Below, piece by piece: positions 1 through 8,137 of a stretch of DNA of 37,861 bases. The DNA comes from a virus. Taxonomy: Duplodnaviria; Caudoviricetes. Made by a program: the position numbers and the translations under genes. The DNA lies in IMG/VR virus record IMGVR_UViG_3300037692_000473, positions 1 through 37,861 of that record; one strand, 5' to 3'. Numbering within the stretch: the first letter of the stretch is position 1; each line of letters starts with the position of its first letter. A model generated the notes under the pieces. It did no database searches and had not been told where the DNA came from. It worked only from the letters and a program-made list of their open reading frames with translations.

Positions 1-113
1 ATTTGCTTTTTTGATTGTTGCCTTTGATTTCATTATTCTGTTTCATATAGGATGCGACGAGTTTCACATAATCAACTCCGTACGGAGGATCTGTAAACAT
101 TAAATCGACATAC
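1..113. repeat. Terminal direct repeat (assembly overlap of a circular or permuted genome), left copy
   Basis: Bases 1..113 are identical to 37733..37845; the overlap falls inside the methyltransferase gene. Confidence 0.97.
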
Positions 114-812
114 CCCCCCCCCTATTTTGACTAATTTGTCAATGTCTTCTGAATTCGTTGAATCACCACACATAAGATAATGATTTCCTAATTGAATAAT
201 ATCTCCTTTCTTTATCTGCGTTGTGACTTTGTTTGGATCATCCGCTTCAACTTCGTGAACGTTCTCCAGGCCTTTAACGTATGAATTGACTTCTTTCAAA
301 TCAAAACCTGTTAAACTCAAATCATAATTTAAGCTTTTCAAATCCAATATTTCTTCTTTCAATAAATCCTGAATCCAATCTGACTCTGCCACTTTGTTAT
401 CTGCGATACGATAAGCTTTAATCTGTGCCTCTGACAAATTTTCGAGTCTGATTGATGGGACCTGTTCCATTCCGAGCTTGATTGCAGCCAGGAGTCTTCC
501 ATGACCTGCAATTAAAGTGTTGTCTTTATCTAAAAGAATAGGTGTGTTGAATCCGAACTCTTTTATTGATGCTGCAATCTTTGTGACTTGCTTTTCATCA
601 TGCTTCTTGGTGTTCTTTGCGTATTTCTTTATTTTGCCTGTATCAACTAATTCTATGTTCATCTTGATTTCCCCCAAATAATTTATTTTTAATATATCTT
701 TCAACATATTATCTTTTGGTTTGAGTAGAATATCTATGGCTTTATTGACATCATTATCTATCTTTTGAAGACTTGCTTCGTTCTCATCTGTTAATCTTAT
801 TACTTTTCCCAT
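72..812 (-). CDS. N-terminal part of a ParB/Srx-domain DNA methyltransferase (putative RHH extension + ParB-N), frameshifted at the G10 run
   Basis: ParB-N motifs IAASIKEFGFNTPILLD, IAGHGRLLAA and YRIADNK, then the start of the MTase domain (GDIIQLGNHYLMCGDST). It leaves the MTase frame at G10 (113..122). Second in-frame ATG at 662 with a GGGGG SD. Confidence 0.9.
   Translation of the reverse strand: MGKVIRLTDENEASLQKIDNDVNKAIDILLKPKDNMLKDILKINYLGEIKMNIELVDTGKIKKYAKNTKKHDEKQVTKIAASIKEFGFNTPILLDKDNTLIAGHGRLLAAIKLGMEQVPSIRLENLSEAQIKAYRIADNKVAESDWIQDLLKEEILDLKSLNYDLSLTGFDLKEVNSYVKGLENVHEVEADDPNKVTTQIKKGDIIQLGNHYLMCGDSTNSEDIDKLVKIGGGVCRFNVYRSSVRS
113..122 (-). repeat. G10 homopolymer at the MTase frameshift
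   Basis: Minus strand reads ATA GGG GGG GGG G TAT GTC GAT TTA ATG TTT ACA GAT CCT CCG TAC; G9 or G12 restores I-G-G-G-Y-V-D-L-M-F-T-D-P-P-Y. Confidence 0.9.
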
Positions 813-840
813 TGTTACAATTAGTTACACATTGTTACAA
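811..840 (-). promoter_or_regulatory. Three 10-bp-phased TGTAAC repeats (putative operator) between the TATA box and ATG
   Basis: Plus strand attgttacaa/ttagttacac/attgttacaa; the outer copies are TTGT-N-ACAA palindromes. Confidence 0.6.
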
Positions 841-844
841 CCTG

Positions 845-859
845 TATATAAATGTATTG
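845..859 (-). promoter_or_regulatory. Archaeal BRE-TATA promoter, class E (CAATACATTTATATA)
   Basis: Variant of the CACAACATTTATATA motif also seen at 6688, 8454 and 12139; about 33 nt upstream of ATG 812. Confidence 0.7.
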
Positions 860-881
860 AAAACTAAGAAAAAAGATAATA

Positions 882-1241
882 TTATGAGCATTCACTTATT
901 TCAATAATCGCCTTTGCGACGCCTTTCTCAATCCGTTTGAAAATATGCAACTCTTGAATTTGACTATCATCTTTTATAATCGTACCTGTCAAACAATCAA
1001 GAAGGCTTTTTGAATAATTGTCAACATCCCTGCGCAGATTATCAGGAAAGATAAGCGTGAGATTAATCTTTAAATGCCCTTCCATGATGCTTTGATTCTG
1101 TTCCAAGATTGCATCCTTAAGGCCTTTTTTGAATTTGGCGCCATCTTTCGTGAGAGTTGTGATAACACGCCCGTTTTTCATAAATCGCATATACATATGA
1201 TTTATGCTTGGCACTCTGCCTGAAATATTAATGGTGAACAT
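882..1241 (-). CDS. rusA: RusA-like Holliday junction resolvase
   Basis: VPSINHMY N-terminus and RRDVDNYSKSLLDCLTG..IKDDSQI (RusA DxDN and DD motifs). Confidence 0.85.
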   Translation of the reverse strand: MFTINISGRVPSINHMYMRFMKNGRVITTLTKDGAKFKKGLKDAILEQNQSIMEGHLKINLTLIFPDNLRRDVDNYSKSLLDCLTGTIIKDDSQIQELHIFKRIEKGVAKAIIEISECS

Positions 1242-1684
1242 TAAGTCACCAAATAATTCATACTGCCTTTAGACTTTTTTTTGTCTTTCAAAGTTTCTTC
1301 TTCGTTTTTCTTTGCAGCAAGTTCTCTTTTCTTATCACTTATTCTTGGAAGGTTTGGTTTTGGAAGTCCAGCGTCTGCAGGATCTTTTGCTTTTATTTCA
1401 TTTGCGATCTTTTCTGCGACTTTGTTTGCTTTTTCAATTGTGTCAACTTTAGTTTCAGCTTTAGCAGTTGCTTCAGGTATCGTTTGTTGCGGATTATCAA
1501 TGGTCCAAGTGTATTTAGTTCCAACTTTGAATCCGACAAGAACTCCAGGATCACAAGTTATAGTTATTTTTTCATCAATCCCTGTTTCAAACACCATAGT
1601 TCCTTTTGTTTCATGTTTGTCTTTTGTTTCCATCTCTTCCTCTTTTTTACTTTTTAATGTTGCTTCAAAGTTTATTTTTCCCAT
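1241..1684 (-). CDS. Hypothetical protein (beta-rich N-terminus, charged tail)
   Basis: ORF with GGAGG SD; stop overlaps the rusA start. Confidence 0.65.
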   Translation of the reverse strand: MGKINFEATLKSKKEEEMETKDKHETKGTMVFETGIDEKITITCDPGVLVGFKVGTKYTWTIDNPQQTIPEATAKAETKVDTIEKANKVAEKIANEIKAKDPADAGLPKPNLPRISDKKRELAAKKNEEETLKDKKKSKGSMNYLVT

Positions 1685-1763
1685 TGTAGTTCCTCCATTA
1701 GTTTTTTATCCACGTATGCCTGTGGTGGCTTTATTGATTCAATCTGTTTTTTTGATAATGCTT

Positions 1764-2480
1764 TCATCTTGAATTGCCTGAAAAATGTTTTATATCTTTG
1801 TCACATTCGTTGCAAATATCTTCTTTTTTTTCAACAGGATTAATAATGCAAATTGCACAGACGTGTTTTAATTCAGTTTCTTTTTCATCTCCATGTATAA
1901 CTTTATTCATGTAAGAATTATCTTTTTTAAGTTTCTCCGCATATTCAGGATTATTTTTTGCAGTCAAAAGTTTATGATAAGTTTTACTTTTTGGCGGATT
2001 CATATATAAATCGTATTCTCCTTTATCAATAATGACTTTTGCACGTTTCCTGGCCTCATGCCATGTTTCTTTATTTTTATCAAAAATCTTAGAAGCCAAA
2101 GCAGTGAAGTCTTTCATTCTTTTAGAAATATTACTTCCATCTCTTTTAATTACTTTTTTATCATGACCTGTGACTATTGCATGAATTCCTGGAACATCTT
2201 TTATTGCATGAAGTAAGATCTCATTTTTTCTCATTACTTCTAATTTTTGAAGTTCAGGTAATATTGATTCTATTGGAGATTTTACATAAATATTTTCATC
2301 AATAAGAACTGTGTCAACCATTGTCATAAATTTTTCAAGAATAATCTGACAGTTCGGACATAAATCGGTGCGTTTTCCATCATCATTATTTTCTATTTCT
2401 TTAAAAATAAAAAAACGATATTCACCTAAATATTCTTCATAAAAAATTTTACATCTATCACATTTCTTTGCTTCCGACAT
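1764..2480 (-). CDS. Hypothetical protein with N- and C-terminal zinc fingers
   Basis: CDRC..LCPNC at the N-terminus; CAIC..CNEC at the C-terminus. Confidence 0.65.
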   Translation of the reverse strand: MSEAKKCDRCKIFYEEYLGEYRFFIFKEIENNDDGKRTDLCPNCQIILEKFMTMVDTVLIDENIYVKSPIESILPELQKLEVMRKNEILLHAIKDVPGIHAIVTGHDKKVIKRDGSNISKRMKDFTALASKIFDKNKETWHEARKRAKVIIDKGEYDLYMNPPKSKTYHKLLTAKNNPEYAEKLKKDNSYMNKVIHGDEKETELKHVCAICIINPVEKKEDICNECDKDIKHFSGNSR

Positions 2481-2757
2481 TATCCCACCCTTTTTGTCTC
2501 TCCATTTCTTGAATTAATAACTTCGCTTCATTTGGTAGTTTGCACCAATGATGAAGCACTCGAACACCGCCTTTGGTGTTGTCTTTAAATTTAATTGTTT
2601 TCTGACATTTTTCTGATATACATTTCAAATTAAGTTTATTTAAAGCATCCGATTTGCTAAGTTCGCTCATTCCTATTGTGAATTTATTATTTTGTTTTCC
2701 CTGCCACTTATTACAGTTGGGACATTTCCAAACAAGGTATTTATCAAAAATAATCAT
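2458..2757 (-). CDS. Zinc-ribbon protein
   Basis: WKCPNCNKW...KCISEKC. Confidence 0.6.
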   Translation of the reverse strand: MIIFDKYLVWKCPNCNKWQGKQNNKFTIGMSELSKSDALNKLNLKCISEKCQKTIKFKDNTKGGVRVLHHWCKLPNEAKLLIQEMERQKGWDNVGSKEM

Positions 2758-2861
2758 TTCATCATCTCAAGGCAACTTTTAACGTTTTCATCACTTCTAT
2801 TGCACTGATTTTTGCAGTACCAATTACAGAAGTTAATTCTGAAATCTTCAAGTAGGTTCAT
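2754..2861 (-). CDS. Cys-rich microprotein (35 aa, not in ORF track)
   Basis: MNLLEDFRINFCNWYCKNQCNRSDENVKSCLEMMK; GAGGGG SD; ATGA overlaps at both ends. Confidence 0.55.
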   Translation of the reverse strand: MNLLEDFRINFCNWYCKNQCNRSDENVKSCLEMMK

Positions 2862-3004
2862 AATTTCCCCTCTAAAATCTTTGGTGCTTTTCCAGGGATA
2901 TGTTTACAATGTTGACAACACCAAAATTTCCAATCATTATGTAAAAGATTAAGTTGATTATACGTTGTTTGTTTTTTGCACTTTGGACATTCGACTTTTA
3001 TCAT
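2858..3004 (-). CDS. Zinc-ribbon microprotein (48 aa, not in ORF track)
   Basis: MIKVECPKCKK...WCCQHCKH; TAATG overlap upstream, ATGA overlap downstream. Confidence 0.6.
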   Translation of the reverse strand: MIKVECPKCKKQTTYNQLNLLHNDWKFWCCQHCKHIPGKAPKILEGKL

Positions 3005-3339
3005 TATGCACTTGGATTCTGTTTGTTAAGTTCGTCTTTTTTGTCTAAATTGTCAAGTATTCCCTGAAGACGTTTTAACTTATTTTTTTTGAAAACTTCA
3101 ACTTCTTTTGTTGCTTTTGGAATCCACCATTTAAGCTGTTCAAGCATGATTTCAACATCAGCGATTTCATCAATAATATTATCAAAATCAGATTCGTTTC
3201 TATGCTCAAATTTATTTCCTCTCAAAGTTTTTGTAATTTCTTTAGTGAGTTCAGACATTTCTTCAATGACAACAACTGACTGCAGACTTATTCCCCATCT
3301 TTCTATGGCTCGTTGATAAATTAGTTCTTTGTTTATCAT
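3004..3339 (-). CDS. MazG-like nucleoside triphosphate pyrophosphohydrolase
   Basis: VIEEMSELTKEI...IIDEIADVEIMLEQL (EExxE and ExxD all-alpha NTP-PPase motifs). Confidence 0.85.
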   Translation of the reverse strand: MINKELIYQRAIERWGISLQSVVVIEEMSELTKEITKTLRGNKFEHRNESDFDNIIDEIADVEIMLEQLKWWIPKATKEVEVFKKNKLKRLQGILDNLDKKDELNKQNPSA

Positions 3340-3341
3340 TT

Positions 3342-3545
3342 TTACCTCTTTATTGTGTCAAGGAATCCGTAAGTGTGTCCTTCTATTGTGATGTTTCTCC
3401 AAACCTCTATGTATCTGCTGTCGTTGTAAAAATATCCTGAAAAAAAAGATATTACACATAATATGAGTATTATACATATTATGATAATTAGCCATTTAAG
3501 TGATATATAAAAAGTTTTCATGTTCTCACTTCCTTTTCTTTTCAA
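3342..3545 (-). CDS. Small single-pass membrane protein
   Basis: Hydrophobic WLIIIICIILILCVISFFSGYFY; true start may be ATG 3521. Confidence 0.6.
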   Translation of the reverse strand: MKRKGSENMKTFYISLKWLIIIICIILILCVISFFSGYFYNDSRYIEVWRNITIEGHTYGFLDTIKR

Positions 3546-4531
3546 TCAGTGACTTCCTCATTTCCTGAAGGAGAAAACTTTATTTTTTCTTCTTTCGGAT
3601 TAAGTTCGTATATATCTTTATCGAGATAGTATCCACCTAAATCAACAACGACAGCGTATTCTTTGCTTCCTGGAAGAGATTTTATTATCTTGTTAAAATT
3701 TTCTTTATAATCATAAACTTGTGTTGCCTTTGGATATTTTGCTTTAAGTTCATCTTCACTTGCAAAAACCGTGATGCCTTTATCAGTTAATTTCTTTCTT
3801 TCAGTTTCAACATATTTTAAAATATCTTTTTTGAAAGCAGGATTATCTTTCAGGTTTCCATCAACATAGTTCTTTGGAGATAATTCAACACCTAAACTGT
3901 CCATAAGCGTTTTTTGTTTTTTATCTTTAACAATATTAGACCTAAATTCAATATCTCCGAAGTCTATTTTTGTCATCCACCTGATTTGGTCCGAGAAGTT
4001 TTGAACAGTTAAATCCCACTCTAAAATACTCTTTAAAGCTTCGACTTGTTGTTTTTCATCCATCTGCGCCAATAATTGAGCGTGACCAATTTCAATCTTT
4101 CTTTCATTCAAAGCATGAGTGCTTTCTTGTGAAAGTTTAAGAAGCAATAATCGTCTTTTAATGTAATCAACTGTTTTATTTATTGAATTTGCAAGAAAGA
4201 TTTCATCTTTTTTTCTTGATTTCATATAATCACTGAACGCTTGGGCCTCTTCAAAAGGTGTTAAGTTCTTTCTGTGAATATTTTCTATAATTTGCAACTC
4301 TTCCCTGGATGCACCGCTTTCACATCTAATGACAGGAACTTCTTTTAATCCTGCTAATTTCGCAGCTGCGAGTCGTCTGTATCCAGCAATTAAGATGTTT
4401 TCTCCTTCAATTATTAAAGGTTCGAGAATTCCGTGTTCTTTGATGCTTTCGGATAATTCTTTTAAATCCCCCATATCTGTTCGTATGTTATCTTTTACTT
4501 TTATTTCACTTATCTTTTTGTTTTCTGCCAT
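3542..4531 (-). CDS. parB: ParB/RepB/Spo0J-family protein
   Basis: ELSESIKEHGILEPLII, IAGYRRLAAA, ENIHRKNLTPFEEA, then HTH LANSINKTVDYIKRRL. Confidence 0.88.
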   Translation of the reverse strand: MAENKKISEIKVKDNIRTDMGDLKELSESIKEHGILEPLIIEGENILIAGYRRLAAAKLAGLKEVPVIRCESGASREELQIIENIHRKNLTPFEEAQAFSDYMKSRKKDEIFLANSINKTVDYIKRRLLLLKLSQESTHALNERKIEIGHAQLLAQMDEKQQVEALKSILEWDLTVQNFSDQIRWMTKIDFGDIEFRSNIVKDKKQKTLMDSLGVELSPKNYVDGNLKDNPAFKKDILKYVETERKKLTDKGITVFASEDELKAKYPKATQVYDYKENFNKIIKSLPGSKEYAVVVDLGGYYLDKDIYELNPKEEKIKFSPSGNEEVTD

Positions 4532-4571
4532 TTTCTCCCTCGTGTGTTTTTTATTTTCTCTTTTATTGAAA

Positions 4572-4609
4572 CCATGCAGTTACCCCAGATACGCCAGGCA
4601 CTTACACGG
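4572..4609 (-). other. GC-rich RNA-type stem-loop upstream of parB
   Basis: Minus strand CCGUGUA...UGCAUGG outer stem and CCUGG-cguau-CUGGG inner stem; G-U pairs form only on the transcribed strand. Confidence 0.45.
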
Positions 4610-4621
4610 AAAAAGAGGTGA

Positions 4622-5113
4622 TCATCTGTTCAAATCAGGTTTAATGTGTTCGTCATCCGCTCCATGATCCTTTCCGAAGCGTTTCAATTTGAAAGCATAA
4701 AATAATGCCAGGACATGACTGCACCCTGCACCTCCTTTTGGAACTTCGCTTCTTTTATTCTTTGTGTCCCAACCTTGACAGTTGCAGCAGAATTCCCCGA
4801 TTGAATTCTTGAATATTTTGTAAGTTGAATTATTATAATCTGTTTCGTAGCTTTTCTTTTTAAATTCTTTTCCATCAACAAGAGTAATTTCATCAGTGTT
4901 AAGCGGTAGGCATAAAAAACAGTATTTGCTTCCGAACTCTTCGTCAAATCCGACATATTTCATGCAGTCGTATTCCAAGAATTTAAGTGCTTTACTGCTT
5001 TGACTGTGTTTTAATTCTTTGGTGTGTCTGCTCCAATATTGCACGTTGTTTATTGTGACTTCTGCAGGACCTTCTCCTTCCAGTTGAATTTTAGACTCAA
5101 ATATTTCAGTCAT
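4622..5113 (-). CDS. SWIM zinc-finger protein
   Basis: FCCNCQGW...GCSHVLAL (CxC-n-CxH). Confidence 0.75.
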   Translation of the reverse strand: MTEIFESKIQLEGEGPAEVTINNVQYWSRHTKELKHSQSSKALKFLEYDCMKYVGFDEEFGSKYCFLCLPLNTDEITLVDGKEFKKKSYETDYNNSTYKIFKNSIGEFCCNCQGWDTKNKRSEVPKGGAGCSHVLALFYAFKLKRFGKDHGADDEHIKPDLNR

Positions 5114-5427
5114 GGTGCCACCTGAATTGCAATCATTTTAAGACCATTTGGATAAGTCTTCTTTTTAGCTTCAATGCTTTCAAAAGACTCACTGCACATT
5201 ATTTCAACAACTGTTAAGTCTTCAAGAATAAAGATGTCTGCCCGACCTCCTGTTTCAAAAATCGCCTCGGTATAAAAGTTTTTCTTGATTGCCTTAAGAT
5301 AACTGCAAATTGCTTCTTTATAATGCACGTGTTCAATTCTTTCGTTTGGACTGAATCTGATCTCGTTAAGTTTTCGATTTGAAACCCTGACGAGTCTTAT
5401 TGCTTCTCTTTCTCTTGGACTTGACAT
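5110..5427 (-). CDS. Small PD-(D/E)xK-like nuclease
   Basis: EHVHYK...FYTEAIF..GGRADIFIL...VVEIMCSE. Confidence 0.6.
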   Translation of the reverse strand: MSSPREREAIRLVRVSNRKLNEIRFSPNERIEHVHYKEAICSYLKAIKKNFYTEAIFETGGRADIFILEDLTVVEIMCSESFESIEAKKKTYPNGLKMIAIQVAP

Positions 5428-5666
5428 TTTTTTTCCTCTATTTTTATCATATCGAGTTGTGCTGCAACAATGTGAGCGCAGACACCTTTATTTGGATTTG
5501 CGATGCCTTCACAACTCATAAAATTACAATCACAGCTTACTTGGATTGCGACTTGGTGCTTTTCTCCTTTTTCTGTTTCAACAATATAGTGCCGTTGTCT
5601 TCCAATAAAATCGCAGTTGGCCTTAAGCTTCTCTGCTCTGTCTCTGACGTATTTGCTGACTGCCAT
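5397..5666 (-). CDS. SWIM zinc-finger protein
   Basis: VSCDCNF...VCAHIVAA. Confidence 0.75.
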   Translation of the reverse strand: MAVSKYVRDRAEKLKANCDFIGRQRHYIVETEKGEKHQVAIQVSCDCNFMSCEGIANPNKGVCAHIVAAQLDMIKIEEKKCQVQEKEKQ

Positions 5667-5833
5667 ATGTATCCATCCTCGTTTTTTTCAATTTTCTTGG
5701 TTGATAAAAGATAGGATAAAACTTCAGTTAAGGTGTTAAAGTTCATGTTCGTTTTTTCTCTTAATTTCCCGAATGTTAACTTCTTGCCTTTTTTCAATAA
5801 CTTTTCGACCTTAACTAAATGTTTTAATCCCAT
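5537..5833 (-). CDS. Winged helix-turn-helix protein
   Basis: LTFGKLREKTNMNFNTLTEVLSYLLSTKKIEKNEDGYIW; GGGGAG SD; C-terminal tail overlaps the next gene. Confidence 0.65.
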   Translation of the reverse strand: MGLKHLVKVEKLLKKGKKLTFGKLREKTNMNFNTLTEVLSYLLSTKKIEKNEDGYIWQSANTSETEQRSLRPTAILLEDNGTILLKQKKEKSTKSQSK

Positions 5834-5844
5834 GATTTCTCCCC

Positions 5845-6648
5845 CTAAATATGCTCTTCATCTGCATCGTTGTCTGAATCAGTTCTTTTTATTGGTTTTG
5901 GTGTGTTGTGATATTCTTTTGGTATCTTTGCAAGTTCAGCTTTGATTTTTTCTTGACAAGTGAAACAGAGAGGTTTGTTGAATCGTTGCATTGAAAAATT
6001 AAACACTTTTTCGCTTAATTCATCCCCACAATCTTTGCCTTGGCAAACCATCTCTGTTTCTTTATTTGCATCTTTCACTATTGGCGTAGCGAAAGATTTC
6101 TTAGAACTCGTTTGTGATTGGAAATTATTCACAGGTTTTTCATGCGTTAAATTATCGACCTCTTCTGCAGGTGTTGGTGAATATCCAGCTAATACAACAA
6201 CCCAAGCGTAAACTTGGCGTAGCGCCTTTGCAGATGCCCTGGTTTGGGCCATGCTTCGAAGTTGAAAGCTTGGTTTATCTTTCCAGTTGTATTCATCCCT
6301 GAAGCAACCGTTTTCTGCTCGGCTTAACATTTTACCTTTATCATTTAAAACTACTGCGGTGGCTTCGTATCCGAATATTTGCTCTGCACCATCTTTGTCT
6401 TTCATAATCACTGGTTTCGTTGATTCTACTGAAACCGTGGATCCGAAGAACTTGGCTACTGTTTGCCATCCTTCAAATTTCATGTAGGTGTTATTTCCAA
6501 GAATTACTGTGCTTTTTGTTTTATCAACGATGTCTTTTAATTGTTTAGAAGCTTTTGTTGCAAAATCCACCGTTTGACTTGGTTCGATGCTATACTCTTT
6601 CTGTTCCTCAATTGGAACTATTTCGTTTTTATTTTCGTTGTCTTTCAT
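5845..6648 (-). CDS. Single-strand annealing recombinase (RecT/Bet/Rad52-like) with C-terminal Zn finger
   Basis: YMKFEGWQ..., WKDKP.FQLRSMAQTRASAKALR, PAEEV; CQGKDC..LCFTC; acidic tail. Confidence 0.65.
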   Translation of the reverse strand: MKDNENKNEIVPIEEQKEYSIEPSQTVDFATKASKQLKDIVDKTKSTVILGNNTYMKFEGWQTVAKFFGSTVSVESTKPVIMKDKDGAEQIFGYEATAVVLNDKGKMLSRAENGCFRDEYNWKDKPSFQLRSMAQTRASAKALRQVYAWVVVLAGYSPTPAEEVDNLTHEKPVNNFQSQTSSKKSFATPIVKDANKETEMVCQGKDCGDELSEKVFNFSMQRFNKPLCFTCQEKIKAELAKIPKEYHNTPKPIKRTDSDNDADEEHI

Positions 6649-6666
6649 TATTCTACCTCGCTTTTA

Positions 6667-6680
6667 GTACAATAGTGTAC
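6667..6680. promoter_or_regulatory. Palindromic operator GTACA-N4-TGTAC, copy 1
   Basis: GTACAATAGTGTAC, 7 nt downstream of the TATA motif; same geometry as 8433..8446. Confidence 0.7.
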
Positions 6681-6687
6681 CCACTCA

Positions 6688-6702
6688 TTTATATATGTTG
6701 TG
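6688..6702 (-). promoter_or_regulatory. Class E promoter (CACAACATATATAAA)
   Basis: Repeated intergenic BRE-TATA motif upstream of the recombinase gene. Confidence 0.75.
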
Positions 6703-6710
6703 ATTTGAAC

Positions 6711-7124
6711 TTAATCTATTAATATCTCCTTGGGAAATGTTACAGATGGTCGTTCTTTGATTTCAACAAAGTCAACTATTCCTGTTTTAGCAATCTTCTC
6801 AAAATTTGGAACATCCAGCATTAAAAACATATCTTTAGATTTGCACCATTCAAAAGCTTTTTTATCATCATAAATAAGCTCTTTTGAAACCCTGATACCG
6901 ATTCCGCCAAGTCTTGATTTGATGCCATCTTCAGCGAATTCATTAAGTGCTGTTGTTCTAATCGTGTCCTTGTATGATTCTATTACTTCATTTGAAGCTT
7001 TTATGTTTCCCAATAATTCACGATTTGCTTCAGCAAATTCTTGCTGTCTTAAAAGAAGTTCGTTCTTTCTTGTATTCAATACATCTGTGACTTTTTTTAA
7101 GTCAATTAAAAGTTGTTTATCCAT
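6711..7124 (-). CDS. Coiled-coil Gp157/Gam-like recombination-associated protein
   Basis: N-terminal coiled coil, then GIGIR..LIYDDKKAFEW..FEK..VDFVEIKE; adjacent to the annealase. Confidence 0.5.
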   Translation of the reverse strand: MDKQLLIDLKKVTDVLNTRKNELLLRQQEFAEANRELLGNIKASNEVIESYKDTIRTTALNEFAEDGIKSRLGGIGIRVSKELIYDDKKAFEWCKSKDMFLMLDVPNFEKIAKTGIVDFVEIKERPSVTFPKEILID

Positions 7125-7133
7125 TGTATCCTC

Positions 7134-7262
7134 CTATTTTATTAATTCAAATTTTGTAATGTATTCTCCTATTTCATCAACATATCCTGCGGATATGCCA
7201 AAGAATAAATCGAGATCGTTGTCAATAAAAAAATAATTGTCTCGGATTGTTTTGTCTATCAT
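7134..7262 (-). CDS. Microprotein (42 aa, not in ORF track)
   Basis: MIDKTIRDNYFFIDNDLDLFFGISAGYVDEIGEYITKFELIK; GGGGT SD; fills the gap exactly. Confidence 0.5.
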   Translation of the reverse strand: MIDKTIRDNYFFIDNDLDLFFGISAGYVDEIGEYITKFELIK

Positions 7263-7265
7263 TTT

Positions 7266-7385
7266 CTACCCCATATCATTTGTGGATTTTGAAACGAAGT
7301 CTGTTATTTTAACACACTTTGATTTTCGACAAAGCATGATACCATTTTCATAATAACAATGGGAGCAGTCTTCGCAGTCATCCAT
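7266..7385 (-). CDS. Cys-rich microprotein (39 aa, not in ORF track)
   Basis: MDDCEDCSHCYYENGIMLCRKSKC... Confidence 0.5.
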   Translation of the reverse strand: MDDCEDCSHCYYENGIMLCRKSKCVKITDFVSKSTNDMG

Positions 7386-7387
7386 TT

Positions 7388-7942
7388 TCAAGCAATCCCC
7401 AATTTTTCTTTTATTTCAACTATTGCTTCCTTTGTTGTTTGGGACTCTTTAAATCCGAGTTTTTTGCAGTCTTCTTTGCTGATGACCATAGTTATTCCAA
7501 GTTTGGTTTCGCCTATTGTCATAGTTTTTCTTTCAACCTTTGTGGTTTTATCTTCTGCTTTCTTTTTAATTTCTGCTGCTGATACTGTCTCACTTGCTTT
7601 TTCTTTCTTGCTTTCTTTTTTCATCTTTGTTGCCTCCAACATTTTTTTATATTGCTCCTTTGTAGGAAAATTAAACCGCTCACTATATGAGTAACCTTCT
7701 GTGTATAATCTAAAATAATTGACTCCATTGCTTTCATTTCCAGGAGAACATTTGCCTTGAACATTGATTTCATGCGTTCCGTTCTGCCAGGAGAGTTTGA
7801 CTGTTTTATGGGTGAATCCGTTAAAAAAGTATTTTTGTGAAAAATCAAGTCGGCAATTTCCAAGAGCAATGCAGTTTCTTCCTTCATCGTTTTTGTATAA
7901 TTTGGTCTTGATTAGTTCCTGCATTTGTTTTGTGATTATCAT
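7388..7942 (-). CDS. Hypothetical protein
   Basis: ORF; ATG 7942 follows an AGGTGG SD and a TAATG overlap. Confidence 0.65.
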   Translation of the reverse strand: MIITKQMQELIKTKLYKNDEGRNCIALGNCRLDFSQKYFFNGFTHKTVKLSWQNGTHEINVQGKCSPGNESNGVNYFRLYTEGYSYSERFNFPTKEQYKKMLEATKMKKESKKEKASETVSAAEIKKKAEDKTTKVERKTMTIGETKLGITMVISKEDCKKLGFKESQTTKEAIVEIKEKLGIA

Positions 7943-8014
7943 TAAAACCACCTTGGTGTGCTTGGAAGTATGCAGTGCAGATAATATGCGTTATTCCAAA
8001 AAGTGTAAAGGTCT

Positions 8015-8137
8015 TCACTCATCGGAATCATCCTCTGAATGTCTTCTGACCTCATTGTATGAAATGTCAAGCAGATCAGCGATTTCAAAATAATCAAAGT
8101 GTTCTTCTAATTTTTTAACTTTTTCTTTATTATTCAT
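8015..8137 (-). CDS. HTH microprotein (40 aa, not in ORF track)
   Basis: FDYFEIADLLDISYNEVRRH helix-turn-helix pattern. Confidence 0.55.
   Translation of the reverse strand: MNNKEKVKKLEEHFDYFEIADLLDISYNEVRRHSEDDSDE

Noticed and set aside
1-113. Physical direct terminal repeat of the virion DNA
   Set aside because: It falls mid-gene and ends at a homopolymer; better explained as assembler overlap.
4410-4435. GGTTCGAGAATTCC resembling a tRNA T-arm
   Set aside because: Lies inside the parB coding sequence; no cloverleaf can be built.
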